Positions 61,435 to 64,000 of a stretch of DNA of 64,000 nucleotides are shown here, piece by piece. How positions within the stretch are numbered: the stretch's first letter is position 1; each line of letters opens with the position of its first letter. The stretch comes from Lepidodermella squamata. Lineage: Eukaryota > Animalia > Gastrotricha. The notes beneath the pieces are model-generated. The model made no database searches. It was not told the origin of the DNA and saw only the letters and a program-made list of their open reading frames with translations. The stretch covers positions 3,162,001 to 3,226,000 of the forward strand of contig JBLDXI010000003.1 in the NCBI GenBank assembly GCA_047495785.1, given 5' to 3'. A program made the position numbers and the translations under genes.

Positions 61435-64000
61435 GTAAGAGAGATGACTATGACCAGCTTTTTAGCCGTCGTCTACGAGACTTGAAGACTTCAAAACGAG
61501 CGCGTCACTTGCGCGCTTTGTTAACAATTTTATTAAGTCGGATCGTGTTACGGCGCTTTCGCATGCGATTTCGCAGTTGACATGACACGCGCGCCACTTG
61601 ATGCTAGGACGCGTTTTGTTTTCATGAAGATAATGAACAACGTTACATCACACTTTCTTCTCTTAATCTACTACTACCAGTCGACTCTTTCATTGAACTT
61701 GATATAGTTGTCCTTTTATAGCTATATAGATATAGAAGGTATCTTTCGGTACAATTTTTATCTTTTTATAGGCGGTACTTTTTCCTGTAATTACAGGATC
61801 GTTTAATTGCAGTAGATAGTAACGCGTAATTTTTTCCCAGAGTCGATTTTTTTCCACGTCTAATTGCTTTTATTGTCTATTAACTTTTATTGGCGCGCAT
61901 TCAGCCGAAAAAAATGGCTAATGTGCGCGTACCTATTTTTTCATTGCCAAACACGCGTCGACAAAACGGTCAACTTACCTTAGCGCATGCCAGGTCGCGT
62001 GCTGTAGTAATTGGGGAAACAATAATCGAGTTTTTGCCGTAAAAATGTTTGCTATAATACATGCAAGTAGGCAGGTATATTTGAGCAAGCAAAGCCGGGC
62101 CTGTCTGCGTATATATCATAGCCCGTTTTGTATTTATAACAATTACTCATCGTCGTATTTGTTGTTTTTCGGGCCCGAAAAGGTCACTACTCTACTTCAC
62201 TCACACACCGGTGCTAATTGCGGGTTTCTGCGTGCGTTGTACCTTAGAAGGGATAGGCTCCTCCTCATCCTTTTCGTTGTGTTTATCCGAGGCGGCGTTG
62301 TCATTTCGACCTCCCTATATGTACCGGTCTCTTGTTTACCCGGCGGCTGCTCTCTTGATACCTACGATAGATTGTCAACATCTTACTGCTACCACCACCA
62401 CCACAGAGTGATTACCGGCATAGCTGTTGGTGGTGACGATGCGCGCCTCATCCCGCCCAACACCCACGCCAGCTGTAGTTTTATTGTAAAAATAATACAA
62501 TTATTATATAACACGTCGGAATTCCTCTCCTGTTTTTTATCGCCTCGACAGATGTTTTCATTAAAAATATCTTTACAGCACAACATAGTATTATTACTAT
62601 AGCCTTTATCTTTACGAATAATAATTGAGTAAGGGTCGAACAATTCGGCCGAATTTTCACCGCGCGTTATTGATACCTCATGGCCAATTAAGGTGCGAAA
62701 AGAGCTGTTGTAGCGAGTTGGTAATAATTAATATGGGGTAACATGTGGTGGTGGTGTAGAATTCATCATCACACATACCACCGGCCGACGCGTCCCGCGA
62801 TTATTATTATTATTTTTAACTACCCCACCCACCGACGTTTCTCATTCATTCTAATTGAAACCGCGCCGCAGGTACTTATTTTTCGGCTCAATCATCGATT
62901 AAGATGGTATATCGTTTACTCGTTTGTTAAGGCGGGTTTTTACATACATCATTAAAAGCAGGCAGACAGATTTATTGCTGTTTTAAGAGGCAATCATAAT
63001 AATAATCGAGCGAGAGAGAGAGTCTATAGGTAGAATAGGAAGAGACCATTGTTTTAACCGGTGAAAACGTGTTAGCGCCGTATTGAGGAGGGGAAGGCCG
63101 CAATTTCTCCCCGCTATTATTCACTCTCATGTATCGCCTCTTCCGTCTTGGAACCAAACCCATTATAATTGTGTAGATGTAAGTATATAGTGTAGTCGTT
63201 CGTAGTAGGGCTATAACGCTTTAACATTCGCGCACTTTTATAAGGAACACTGGGGCGATCGATTTTTGAGCGTGTGCGTAAAGTCTGGCTGCCCCCGAGT
63301 GTGTATATACAGTATATTTCTACACACATATATATATACGCGCGTTATATATTATATTTATTCTCAGCAGCAGTGTAGGATGCATGGCTTTTGGGCTCAT
63401 CAATATAATATATTACTTCGTGCTACATTTACTATAGGAAATGTGTGTCGAAAAGGAAATCGTAAAGGGCTACACATATGTGACATGTTTGTGTGAATCA
63501 TGCGAAAATTACTCGCGTTATGGCTCCTCTGCGCACACGCGTGTGTGCAGGCCCAAAGATGACCATGTATATTCTGTCCTTATGAGGGTCCCCTCCTATA
63601 TATATTATACACTATGTTTATCCGGCACGCGCCCCTTATTTTAATACCCCCTCCCATCGCGTTGAGCAATCACTTCTTCGATTCGATTCCTTGTGGTCCA
63701 CTCATTTGGTCATAGGCCCCTAAAATTAGCCTCCATCACTTGTTGTTGTTCTGTCGTAATTTGTATGCCAGTCTCATTTCGAGATCATTCGCTAGTCAGT
63801 ATCATAATTATTTGCTATGCTTGGCAGAAATTTGTTGAGCACAGCTGTCTAATAACTACATCACATGCCTTTACATTCGTGTGTAAATCGGTCAGAAAAT
63901 ATGTAGAGATACGGATGAGATCACTTTTTCGCTACCGCTCGTCACGGCCGTTTAATAGACACGACTTTATTAGTAATTATTTCGTTTTTAATACCCTGGC

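Noticed and set aside
48700-64000. Numerous short ORFs, for example 62045-62602 (185 aa) and 49108-49458
   Set aside because: No domain signatures or consistent splice phases; most likely UTR or intronic sequence of the spectraplakin locus.

Overview
This is eukaryotic, invertebrate-animal genomic DNA: gene-dense, with many short (about 45-60 nt) spliceosomal introns and MITE-rich larger introns. The taxon cannot be fixed from the sequence. The ORF track fragments most genes, so I assembled exons by hand from splice sites and reading phase. In order: (1) the 3' end of a multi-C-type-lectin gene; (2) its tandem paralogue (2604-14486, about 30 exons), encoding signal peptide - astacin-like domain lacking every catalytic residue - EGF - CUB - kringle - tandem 4-Cys modules - five C-type lectin domains, with one in-frame TGA; (3) nested non-autonomous DNA transposons; (4) an orphan gene; (5) a secreted protein with about 19 sushi/CCP repeats and a C-terminal VWA domain; (6) two tandem secreted, very cationic low-complexity proteins only 148 bp apart, one of them absent from the ORF track; (7) an ankyrin-repeat gene; (8) a three-finger (Ly6/activin-receptor-like) single-pass protein with no kinase, convergent with an orphan gene; (9) tRNA-Gln(CTG); (10) a GABA-B-like class C GPCR; (11) a Cys-loop ion-channel subunit fused to an N-terminal L-type-lectin-like domain through a Thr-rich stalk; (12) MEIOB; (13) the 5' end of a spectraplakin with alternative first exons. 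The best novelty candidates are the lectin-stalk-channel fusion, the pseudo-astacin lectin array and the cationic secreted pair. All domain calls are by eye; no database search was run.
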